64,000 bases of DNA from Phycisphaerae bacterium (lineage in GTDB: Bacteria; Planctomycetota; Phycisphaerae; UBA1845). Location of the stretch: contig JAJDEB010000036.1 of NCBI GenBank assembly GCA_029260015.1, forward strand, positions 842,554 through 906,553, given 5' to 3'. Below, in pieces: positions 35,166-43,606 of this stretch. How positions within the stretch are numbered: position 1 is the first letter of the stretch; each line of letters begins with the position of its first letter. A model generated the notes under the pieces. It made no database searches. It was not told the origin of the DNA and saw only the letters and a list, made by a program, of their open reading frames with translations. Both the position numbers and the translations under genes were made by a program.

Positions 35166-35885
35166 CTACCGACGAATTTCGACAGCAGAGACACTTGATC
35201 GACTCCGCCCCATTCGATGGGCACGACTTTCTGCCCGAACGGTGGCACTGCTCGACCGGCGCGGTCCGCTGATGCTCACACCGATTCCATCCGAGTAAGC
35301 GCTTCCATATTGCGTCGCGCCACTGATGGCACGCACTTGCGAGTGCGACACGCCGCCGTAGGTGTCAGCCAATGAATCACTAACGCTCACCGCACGACCG
35401 CCGTAGATTCCATCGCTGACGGCGCTTCCGTCGCTCACGGCGATGCCTCCGATGCTCGTCGCCGTCGAAGTCGAATCGCTTTCAGCCAGTCCACCGAATC
35501 GACCCAACGCATAGGCGTCGCTCTTACTGATGGCGACTCCACCGACGGTTGCGGCCAGGCTGTCACTTCGTGCGACGGCTGCCCCGCCCCATCGGCTGAT
35601 GCCTCGAGCCACCGAGTCGCTGCGGGCATATCCCCGATCTGCGATGGCGACTGAGTTGCTGATCGCCGCTCCCCGCCTTCTGCCGATTGCGTGTGAGACG
35701 GAGACTGCCACCCCACCATTGACCGCACCGGAATATGCGTTTGAGACCGCGTTGCCGCTAGCTGTCGCCGTCGAGGTCGCTGATCCGCCATTGCTGGCGA
35801 CCGAAACGGCTGACGCGCTTGCTGCCAACGTCGAAACCGAACCCATCAAAGACGCCAGCGCGAATGCCTGCATTGCTTTTCTCAT
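35166..35885 (-). CDS. Secreted repeat protein with six 15-17-residue GG-x-A-x-S units and an Arg-rich C-terminal tail (hypothetical)
   Basis: 239-aa ORF with AAGGAGA 5 nt upstream and signal peptide ending ASASA. Repeat units start at residues 100, 115, 131, 146, 162 and 177. There is no Cys. The last 33 residues contain 9 Arg. Confidence 0.7.
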   Translation of the reverse strand: MRKAMQAFALASLMGSVSTLAASASAVSVASNGGSATSTATASGNAVSNAYSGAVNGGVAVSVSHAIGRRRGAAISNSVAIADRGYARSDSVARGISRWGGAAVARSDSLAATVGGVAISKSDAYALGRFGGLAESDSTSTATSIGGIAVSDGSAVSDGIYGGRAVSVSDSLADTYGGVSHSQVRAISGATQYGSAYSDGIGVSISGPRRSSSATVRAESRAHRMGRSRSSVSAVEIRR

Positions 35886-36415
35886 CGTAAGTCTCCTTTT
35901 AACAATGAGTTAAACCCATTCATCACCCTGCGATTGCCGGCTCGAAAGCCCATCAGCATTCGCTTCACCAGTATAGACAGTTGACGAACGGATTTAGTTA
36001 GCATGTGTTAAATATATTTCTAGAATCGGCGTTATCGGATAGCCAAAGGCGGTTTTGGGAAGAGGAATCGACAGAAATCGACGAATGAGGCGATACCGAT
36101 TTGCGATAATCGGCATGAAATGTCAATTAGATGACGTAGTGATTGCATGCGACTGAAGGTGTTGCAACAACCTTATTCGGCGCGGCGATTCAATGGCATC
36201 CCATGGCGGTCCGATTTACGTCTATGGCGGCGCTAAGACCATGTCGGGCAATCTGCTTGATCAAATCATGTCGGATGAAATTTAACAGCGTGATTCGTTT
36301 GGCAAATTGAACATCCAATGCGTCGTCGCAACGATTGTGCGCAAATGTCACGAGTGATTTCAATTCTTTCACATGTAAGCGATTTTTGAATCATTCGAGA
36401 AGCGATTCATTCATC

Positions 36416-36444
36416 TTGACACTCTTTTCTGCACTTCCTAACAT
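36416..36444 (+). promoter_or_regulatory. Candidate sigma-70-type promoter of the cytochrome bc operon (-35 TTGACA, 17-nt spacer, -10 TAACAT)
   Basis: Read from the sequence; 230 nt upstream of the Rieske ATG in an AT-rich gap. It rests only on resemblance to the consensus. Confidence 0.35.
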
Positions 36445-36674
36445 CCCTTCCCGAAGAGGACTTATGCAAGATTGCCCTTTTGTTTAGAATGCTGCGGGGC
36501 AAACCTGCCTTGAGCCGCTTTCATTCTTATGTTTCGAATTGGTGGTTCTTATTCGTAAAGTCCGAATCCCGTGCTTGAATCGTTTTCAAAGGCACTGTTG
36601 TGCCAGAAGACACCGGGCGGGAATGGTTCGCCTCTGTGCGGTAAGCGACACCGCTTGGGAGATCAGCAAAGCAA

Positions 36675-37304
36675 ATGTCATCTGCCTCCGTTGACACACC
36701 CAGTCAGCCCGAATCTAAATCACCCGAAAGCAGCGCATCGATTCCACCGCAGCCGTTGGTACCGCTGCGCGATCGGTTGCTCTATTCCAACAAAGCGCGA
36801 ACCCAAGGCGCAGGAACTGGTGAAGACCGCGACCTGACCAAAGACGTCAAAGGCCGCCGCAAGATCGTCTGGGCGATGGTCTTTGGATTCATCGGCGCGA
36901 TGACGTTGGCGTCGGTGAAGTTCTTCTTCCCGCGCGTCTTGTTTGAACCCAAGACACGTTTCGGGATTGGGTTCCCGGGCGACTTTGCGATGGGCGTTGA
37001 CACACGCTACCAAGCCGCCTTCCGCATATGGGTCGTGCGCGACGCACAAGGCATCTTTGTTCTGTTTGCAAAGTGTACGCACTTGGGCTGCACGCCCGAC
37101 TGGAAGGAAACGGACAACAAGTTCAAATGCCCGTGCCACGGAAGTGGTTTCGATATGGACGGCGTGAACTTCGAAGGACCAGCCCCCCGTCCGCTCGACC
37201 GCACGTTGGTTGAGTTGGATGCGTCTGGCGAAATCATCGTCGACAAAGCTGTGCTGTTTCCGTATGAGCAATGGGGCGATCCACGGGCGCGGGTGAACGT
37301 CTAA
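36675..37304 (+). CDS. Rieske [2Fe-2S] subunit of a cytochrome bc/b6f-type quinol oxidoreductase
   Basis: 209-aa ORF with one TM and cluster-binding boxes CTHLGC and CPCHGS, 18 residues apart. Confidence 0.9.
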   Translation: MSSASVDTPSQPESKSPESSASIPPQPLVPLRDRLLYSNKARTQGAGTGEDRDLTKDVKGRRKIVWAMVFGFIGAMTLASVKFFFPRVLFEPKTRFGIGFPGDFAMGVDTRYQAAFRIWVVRDAQGIFVLFAKCTHLGCTPDWKETDNKFKCPCHGSGFDMDGVNFEGPAPRPLDRTLVELDASGEIIVDKAVLFPYEQWGDPRARVNV

Positions 37305-37413
37305 CCCGTAGCCAAAAGATCCAATAATTAGAAGGCACGGCCAGTCGCACTGGCAAACGCGCCATTCAATTAAGAAGAAAAGCCACATCGGTCGCACCAC
37401 TTAGGAGAAGTCA

Positions 37414-38331
37414 ATGTCAGGCGACCCGAAGCAATCTTCAGAAGAATCAAAGCCAACCGCGCCGAAAAGTAACGGTGCCAAAAAAGGCGACACCAACGGC
37501 GATTCGCTGATCGACAAGACGCGTGAAGGCGTCGATATGCTCAAGCGCGATCCGCGTGAGGGGCAGTTGTGGACGTCGGTATTCCGCCACAAGCTCGACG
37601 ACTCACCGCGAAACCGCTCGTTGGCAGTGCTGTCAAACGTCTTTCTTCACTTGCATCCGGCGAAAATCAACCGCGACGCCGTGCGATATTCCTTCACTTG
37701 GGGCATGGGCGGTATCACATTTTTCTTGTTCGTCATCCTCACGCTGACCGGCGTGTTTTTGATGTTCTATTATCACCCAACCAAAGGACAGGCATTCCGC
37801 GACATCCTGTATCTCAAGCACGACGTGCCGTTCGGAAACCTGTTGCGAAATATGCACCGCTGGGCCGCCCACGCGATGATCATCACCGTGTGGCTACACA
37901 TGCTCCGTGTGTTCATGACCGGATCGTACAAACCGCCCCGTGAATTCAACTGGGGTGTGGGCGTGCTGCTGTTGGTGCTGACGATGTTGCTGTCGTTTAC
38001 CGGATATCTTCTGCCAGACGATCAACTCGGATTCTGGGCGGTCACCGTTGGCACGAACATGGCCCGAGCGACGCCGATCCTCGGACACGAGGGACCGTTC
38101 GGAACGGAATTCGGCATGACCGCATTTAACGACATTCGATTCGCCCTGCTGGGCGGTTCCATTGTGGATTCGAATGCTCTGCTGCGTGCGTACATCTGGC
38201 ATTGTATTGGTATTCCGATTGTGGCATCGGTCTTTATGATTGTGCACTTCTGGCGCATTCGAAAAGACGGAAGCATTTCGGGACCGGCGCCGGTGATGCT
38301 GGCGCACGAATTCAAGGGTTGGAGCAAGTAG
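37414..38331 (+). CDS. Cytochrome b, N-terminal (b6-like) subunit
   Basis: 305-aa ORF. The four-helix core carries the haem-ligand His residues (..FLHLHP.., ..RWAAHAMIITVWLHMLRVF..) and FWAVTVGTN. Confidence 0.85.
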   Translation: MSGDPKQSSEESKPTAPKSNGAKKGDTNGDSLIDKTREGVDMLKRDPREGQLWTSVFRHKLDDSPRNRSLAVLSNVFLHLHPAKINRDAVRYSFTWGMGGITFFLFVILTLTGVFLMFYYHPTKGQAFRDILYLKHDVPFGNLLRNMHRWAAHAMIITVWLHMLRVFMTGSYKPPREFNWGVGVLLLVLTMLLSFTGYLLPDDQLGFWAVTVGTNMARATPILGHEGPFGTEFGMTAFNDIRFALLGGSIVDSNALLRAYIWHCIGIPIVASVFMIVHFWRIRKDGSISGPAPVMLAHEFKGWSK

Positions 38332-38402
38332 GGATCGGTTCCCGTTGATCTTGTTTGCATTAAGATAAAAGCCCCCCAAGTAAGACGTTTCAAGAGGTTG
38401 GC

Positions 38403-39332
38403 ATGGACTGGATTCAGCTTTGGCAAATCGCATCGGCACCCGACAACGTGCCCATCATCATCATGTTGGCGCTGGTCGGATTCTATACCTGGTATTCCGT
38501 GAAGCAGGCGCTCGCGAATGATCGCCTCGCGGCTGAGTTGGAAGCCGACCCGGCAATGCAGAAAACGCACCACCGCAAGACGCAGCCGTTTCAAAAAGGT
38601 TGGGCTGAACGCGTCCACGTTTGGCCGTACCTCTTGAAAATCGAGTTTCTCGCGGCGATCATCGTCACACTCATCCTCATGGTCTGGTCGATTTTGCTCG
38701 ACGCCCCGCTGGAAGAGCCAGCCAACCCATCGCTGACGATGAACCCTTCAAAAGCACCGTGGTACTTCCTCGGCTTGCAGGAGATGCTGGTCTATTTTGA
38801 CCCGTGGATCGCGGGCGTGGTGCTACCGGGCGTCATTGTCGTCGGTTTGATGGCCATCCCCTATATCGATGTGAATCCACTCGGTAACGGTTATTACACC
38901 TTCAAGCAGCGCATGTTTGCCATCCTGACGTTCAACTTCGGGTGGCTGGTCTTGTGGGTGCTGCTCGTGTTTATTGGCACGTTTATCCGCGGGCCCGGTT
39001 GGTTGTGGTTTTGGCCGGGGCAATTCTGGGATCACCATCGCGTGGTGCATGAGACGAATGTCGATCTGCACGAATGGTTCGGGATCACCTCGCAGCCGAT
39101 GATGGGAATTTTCGGGGTCGTTGTCGTCGGTGGTTTCTTCGCAGTCAGCACCGGCGTTTTCCATGTGCTGTTCAAAAAGTTTGCGGCCAACGCGTATCGG
39201 GCGATGAACATCTGGCAATACGTCACCCTTGTCGCACTTTTCGTGACCATGCTTGGGCTGCCCGCGAAGATCATTGCTCGCTTGCTGTTCCGCATCAAGT
39301 ACGTCATGGTGACGCCTTGGTTTAACATCTAA
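38403..39332 (+). CDS. Cytochrome b C-terminal / b6f subunit IV-like protein with extra C-terminal helices
   Basis: 309-aa ORF. VWPYLLKIEFLAAIIV ... PANPSLTMNPSKAPWYFLGLQEMLVYF corresponds to the PetD PEWYF region. Confidence 0.75.
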   Translation: MDWIQLWQIASAPDNVPIIIMLALVGFYTWYSVKQALANDRLAAELEADPAMQKTHHRKTQPFQKGWAERVHVWPYLLKIEFLAAIIVTLILMVWSILLDAPLEEPANPSLTMNPSKAPWYFLGLQEMLVYFDPWIAGVVLPGVIVVGLMAIPYIDVNPLGNGYYTFKQRMFAILTFNFGWLVLWVLLVFIGTFIRGPGWLWFWPGQFWDHHRVVHETNVDLHEWFGITSQPMMGIFGVVVVGGFFAVSTGVFHVLFKKFAANAYRAMNIWQYVTLVALFVTMLGLPAKIIARLLFRIKYVMVTPWFNI

Positions 39333-39369
39333 TTAATGCATTATCACGGCTACATTTGCGGGTGCCCGA

Positions 39370-39452
39370 TCGTCACTCCCGCGTACGCGGGAGTCCAGAA
39401 CGGACGATGAGCAACGTGCGGGACTTGGATTCCCGCTTTCGCGGGAATGACG
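39370..39452 (+). repeat. Double-hairpin intergenic repeat, copy 3 of 3 (83 nt, lacks the 3' tail)
   Basis: Contains ACTCCCGC-GTAC-GCGGGAGT and ATTCCCGC-TTTC-GCGGGAAT. It aligns with 13404-13486. Confidence 0.9.
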
Positions 39453-39582
39453 TCTGTATATATCCCGCAGAATTTCGCGAGTGTCTGTACCAGGCCAGTC
39501 CCAAACCCATAATGGCGACTGGAATGCAACAAATCCAGTTGGACAAATTCGCCCTATCGGCGAGTGCGAAATAGAATCACGC

Positions 39583-40431
39583 ATGTCTGAAAACCCGTCA
39601 CCCACCAAACGTAAGTCTACCCCACTGTTGATGGTCGCCATTTTGGTGTTCGCGTCGCTGGCCCTTCCGGTGTACTTCTGGAAAGGGACATGGTTTGGCA
39701 CCCAGTTGACCGACGAGCAAATCCGCGAATACCTCACCGACGCGGACAATCCGCGAAAAACACAGCATGCCCTCGAACGCATCACCGAGCGCATCCAATC
39801 CAAAGACGCCAACGCCGCTTCGTTCTATCCGCTGATACCACCGCTTGCGTCAAACGACCGCCACGAGATCAGAATGATGGCCGCCTGGGTCATGGGCTGG
39901 GATACGTCGGGTGACGGTTTTCAGGAGGCGCTACAGAAGCTCGTCAACGACCCGGTAGAACTCGTGCAGCGAAATGCCGCGCTATCGCTGTCGAAGTACG
40001 ATGACTATCGGAGCAAACCGGTCCTGTTGTCGATGCTGGTGCCCTACGAAATTAAATGCCCACAGTCGGGATCGATCTCGGGTCTGCTTCAAAAGGGGCA
40101 ACCGATACGAGCCGGGATGGAAGTCGCGTATCTGAAATCAAATGAAGGGCGATCAAGCAAGATCATCTCGCCGGTCGACGGCGGTGTGAAACGGGTGGCG
40201 GCCTCAAATGGCTCCGACGTTTCCAAGGGCGACGTCATCTACGAAGTTAGCCCGGCTCAGCAGGATATGTGGGAAGCGCTGCGAGCGCTGCTGATCGTCG
40301 GCGATCCGGAAGACATCGAAAGCATCCAAAAGAACACCGACCGCTACGCCACCAAACCGCATATCGTCGAGCAGTCCAAGGAAACGGTCATGGCGATTGA
40401 GAAGCGCGCTCAGCAGGCCCAGGGCGACTGA
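39583..40431 (+). CDS. Membrane-anchored HEAT-like repeat protein with a C-terminal lipoyl/barrel-sandwich-hybrid-like domain (hypothetical)
   Basis: I use the ATG at 39583, because the ORF-track start at 39481 runs out of the repeat element. It has the TM LLMVAILVFASLALPVYFW and the HEAT-like segment VELVQRNAALSLSKY. The C-terminus is PQSGSISGLL..GQPIRAGMEVAYL....SPVDGGVKRV....GSDVSKGDVIYEV. Confidence 0.65.
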   Translation: MSENPSPTKRKSTPLLMVAILVFASLALPVYFWKGTWFGTQLTDEQIREYLTDADNPRKTQHALERITERIQSKDANAASFYPLIPPLASNDRHEIRMMAAWVMGWDTSGDGFQEALQKLVNDPVELVQRNAALSLSKYDDYRSKPVLLSMLVPYEIKCPQSGSISGLLQKGQPIRAGMEVAYLKSNEGRSSKIISPVDGGVKRVAASNGSDVSKGDVIYEVSPAQQDMWEALRALLIVGDPEDIESIQKNTDRYATKPHIVEQSKETVMAIEKRAQQAQGD

Positions 40432-40439
40432 TTTTCGAT

Positions 40440-41747
40440 TTACAAATCCGAATCGATCGAAGTCTGCGGACGGTTGAATCGAATCAGCATCACGGTTGCA
40501 ATCAGACCCACCACTGCAAATGCAGCGACCATCAAGAACACATCCCGATGCCCGCCCGCGCCGGGTGAACGATCGAGCAGGTATCCCATGGCCGGTCCCA
40601 TGAAGACATCCGGCGTGTAACCGATCACCGATACCAACCCGACGGCGCTTCCGGTAAATGCCAAGGGAACGTGAATCTCTTCCATGACGGCGTAGTAGAG
40701 GCCTCGAAGGGCGCAGATCCCGAGGCTGGCGCAGACGACGGTCAACATATACGGAACATACATGGACCCCGTCATCGTGGGTGTCGCCAACACAGCGCTG
40801 CCAGCGATCAACAGCAAGAAGCTTGCGATGGTTATCTTCGTCACGCTGAAACGATCGGCCAGGAAACCGGCGGCGATGGCGGCTGGTGGTCGCATCCACA
40901 ATGAATAAGTGCCGATCTTAGCAGCTTCTACTTCGTTGACGTGCAGAACTTCTTTGGCATACAGGGAAAAATCATCGGTCGCTTTGTATCCGACGTATGC
41001 GCAGATGATGATGATCGCCTGCAGCCAGACTACTGGCATGGTCGCGATGTGCAGCATCCCTCTAAGTGTCATCTTCGGTCGATTCGCGGCAGCGGCAGGA
41101 GTGTGTTTCGGAAGGAACAGCACGGTCAGCATGGCGGCTCCGACGGTGATGATCACGATGACGAGAATGACTCGCTTAAGCGCGACGGTACGCGTCGCCA
41201 GCGATGCCGATTCGATCTGGTAGGGCAACAACGACGCGTAAATCGCGACGAGCACAGAGCCTGTGGCGGCTGCAAATAACCCGCGCCCACCATCAAGCAA
41301 ACCAAATGCCGCCCCCTGAGAGAATTGCCCACCCCACTCACGCGTCGCCCGGATCAGCGCAGACCAAAACAGGGCGATCGTCGTGAAACCCCAATAACCG
41401 TAGATCCACTTAAGCGTTTGAAGTGAAGGAATGCACCAGAGCACAACACCGCCAACAGCCGTACTGACGAGGGCGATCGCGAGCAGTCTCCGCGGGCTGA
41501 ACAGATCGGCGAGCGGTCCACCCAACGCATACGCTGCCATCGCCACAAGTCCGTAACAGGCAAAGGCCTCTCCCAATTCGGTGTTGGAAAGATTAAAGAC
41601 TTCGAGAATCGTTGGCCGAAACACGCGCGGAAATACAAACGGCAGAAAGAATACCGCCTCACCTGCTACGACCAGTGCTACCATCATCAAGATGCGACGA
41701 AGCGGGGTTGGTTCTATCGAATCATGTTGGGCGACCTGCGCGGTCAC
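40440..41747 (-). CDS. MFS transporter
   Basis: 435-aa ORF with 12 predicted hydrophobic helices. Its GTG start overlaps the upstream methyltransferase stop (GTGA). Confidence 0.8.
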   Translation of the reverse strand: MTAQVAQHDSIEPTPLRRILMMVALVVAGEAVFFLPFVFPRVFRPTILEVFNLSNTELGEAFACYGLVAMAAYALGGPLADLFSPRRLLAIALVSTAVGGVVLWCIPSLQTLKWIYGYWGFTTIALFWSALIRATREWGGQFSQGAAFGLLDGGRGLFAAATGSVLVAIYASLLPYQIESASLATRTVALKRVILVIVIITVGAAMLTVLFLPKHTPAAAANRPKMTLRGMLHIATMPVVWLQAIIIICAYVGYKATDDFSLYAKEVLHVNEVEAAKIGTYSLWMRPPAAIAAGFLADRFSVTKITIASFLLLIAGSAVLATPTMTGSMYVPYMLTVVCASLGICALRGLYYAVMEEIHVPLAFTGSAVGLVSVIGYTPDVFMGPAMGYLLDRSPGAGGHRDVFLMVAAFAVVGLIATVMLIRFNRPQTSIDSDL

Positions 41748-42526
41748 GCCGTTTCGATCTCAATTGATTTGAGAAAGTCAGCTGGAATCTGCGACGTGAT
41801 GCGTCCCACCAGCGCATAGTATTTGAGGGGAACGCCTTCCATCGAAAGTCGATGCGTGTAACGTTCCAACTGGTAAACATCAAGGTGTTTCGAGAAGATC
41901 AATTCACGAATAAAACGGGAGAAACCGGAAACTTCCGAATGATCCAGGAAGGTTTCTTTGATATTAAACGCAACCCAACCGTTGGTTCTGACCAACTGCA
42001 AAGCAGTCATGAATGCCTTCGGAGGAATGTCGCCAAACCCCAGTGCTGCCACCGACGTCAGGCAATCGAAGCGCCACTCAGCAAGCAGTTGGCGATGATC
42101 GTCCGACAGATTAACAAAATCGGCAACAAGATAATCATCGTACGCTGTTGGGCGATCTCGATAGGCGGCATCTCGCGCCTCGGGAATAATGTCGACGCCA
42201 ACAATCCGCGCGACCCCGAGATTGCGCAAACGCTCGGCCATCATGCCGTTACCTGCCCCGAGGTCGAGCACCCGAAGTTCGGTACAACTGAGCAATTCAG
42301 ATGTCAGGCTGTCTTGAAGAAGCTCGGCCACCTTCTGAGGTGACGTACACTTCAAGCGATCATAAAAAAGCTGCTCGTAGAGACCTGGTTTTGCGTAGAT
42401 ACGATCGTAATCGTGAAAGAGGATTTTCTTTCGCTCACCCTCGTCGATAAGGTGAAAATACGCTTCGGCTTGGCTAATTTGATGTTCTTGCTCAACGGGA
42501 AACTGCAGTCGGTATCTTGGTAGCAT
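41744..42526 (-). CDS. Class I SAM-dependent methyltransferase
   Basis: Motif I is VLDLGAGNGMMAERL. I start at the ATG at 42526; the ORF track offers an alternative start at 42562. Confidence 0.8.
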   Translation of the reverse strand: MLPRYRLQFPVEQEHQISQAEAYFHLIDEGERKKILFHDYDRIYAKPGLYEQLFYDRLKCTSPQKVAELLQDSLTSELLSCTELRVLDLGAGNGMMAERLRNLGVARIVGVDIIPEARDAAYRDRPTAYDDYLVADFVNLSDDHRQLLAEWRFDCLTSVAALGFGDIPPKAFMTALQLVRTNGWVAFNIKETFLDHSEVSGFSRFIRELIFSKHLDVYQLERYTHRLSMEGVPLKYYALVGRITSQIPADFLKSIEIETA

Positions 42527-42736
42527 AAGTTTGGAGTGGGACAATCTTAGGTTGCGGCACAAGTGATGAGCGTGGAGTTACTTCCTGATGCATACCACCC
42601 ATCAACTGACCTGGGTCAGTATTCACAATTCAATTCGCAATACTGAAAATAACTCAGCGGAATCGAATAGTGTTCGATTGATAGGTACTAAAGCATAACG
42701 GATTGTCGGCGTTTTTGCAAAACGCGATAGAATCGC

Positions 42737-43606
42737 CTAACTGTCAGCAATGCTTTTGTCGCGCGACAGTGAAAGGTAACCCACGCTGCAAAGAATTACT
42801 GCGCCACCGACGATCGTACTCCAATGCGGCACTTCGCGATGAAACGCATAGGTCCAAAGTGGATTAAGCACCGGTTCCAACATGATGATCAATATGGCGC
42901 GCTGCGCTGAAACATGTCGCACGCCAGCCGCATAGATCACGTACGGAAATCCAAATTGCACCGCGCCAGTTAGCAGCAGCCAACCTGCAATGGGAAACGT
43001 CAATTTGATCGGTTCCAACAGAATCGCAATCGGAAGCAAGAGCAAACCCGATCCTGCGCAACACAAGAACGCAAGCACGATGGGATCAATCGCCCGAACG
43101 CGCCGAAACAGCACGACCTGCGTTCCAAATACAATTCCGCTTAGCACACCGATCGACATGCCAAACAAGTCCGTCTCGTATTGCGCGACAAAAATCAACG
43201 CGACCGCCAACATCGAAATGGTCAACGCGACAAACTGCTTGGAGCTGGCACGTTCGTTGACAATAAACGGCGACAACACAAAGACCCATGCCGGCGCGGT
43301 GTACTGAAGAATGATGGCGTTGGCAGCCGTTGTTGCAGTCGTCGCGAGCACAAACGTCCCGCACATTCCGGTAAACATCAGTACGGTTGCAAACGTCCAG
43401 AGCGGTTCAGCCAATCGTTTGAAACGCGACCAGGCAAAGGGAAGAAGCACGGCTGCCGCGACCAACGATCGAAACGAAGCGATGCTTGCAGCTCCAAGTC
43501 CGGTGGCTTCAAGCAGTTTGATCAACCCGCCATTGAGGCTCCACAGCGCCGCTGCAATGAGCAGCAGTACGGTCCCGCTGCGCAAACGCTGATCGGCGGT
43601 GGTCAC
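42737..43606 (-). CDS. EamA/DMT-family transporter
   Basis: Ten hydrophobic helices in two EamA halves. I start at the GTG at 43606, which forms a GTGA overlap with the dacB stop. The ORF-track start at 43726 would overlap dacB by 124 nt. Confidence 0.75.
   Translation of the reverse strand: MTTADQRLRSGTVLLLIAAALWSLNGGLIKLLEATGLGAASIASFRSLVAAAVLLPFAWSRFKRLAEPLWTFATVLMFTGMCGTFVLATTATTAANAIILQYTAPAWVFVLSPFIVNERASSKQFVALTISMLAVALIFVAQYETDLFGMSIGVLSGIVFGTQVVLFRRVRAIDPIVLAFLCCAGSGLLLLPIAILLEPIKLTFPIAGWLLLTGAVQFGFPYVIYAAGVRHVSAQRAILIIMLEPVLNPLWTYAFHREVPHWSTIVGGAVILCSVGYLSLSRDKSIADS

Noticed and set aside
36190-36372. 60-aa minus-strand ORF in the AT-rich gap upstream of the bc operon
   Set aside because: It has no SD and no recognisable motif, and its length is at the noise threshold in an AT-rich region where stop-free runs are short. 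I mention it in a finding but do not call it as a gene.
36720-37400. 226-aa minus-strand ORF antisense to the Rieske gene, plus similar antisense ORFs at 3634-4140, 40204-40899 and 56908-57570
   Set aside because: They overlap genes with definitive family motifs on the opposite strand and have Arg/Pro/Gly-biased, motif-free translations. They are shadow frames.
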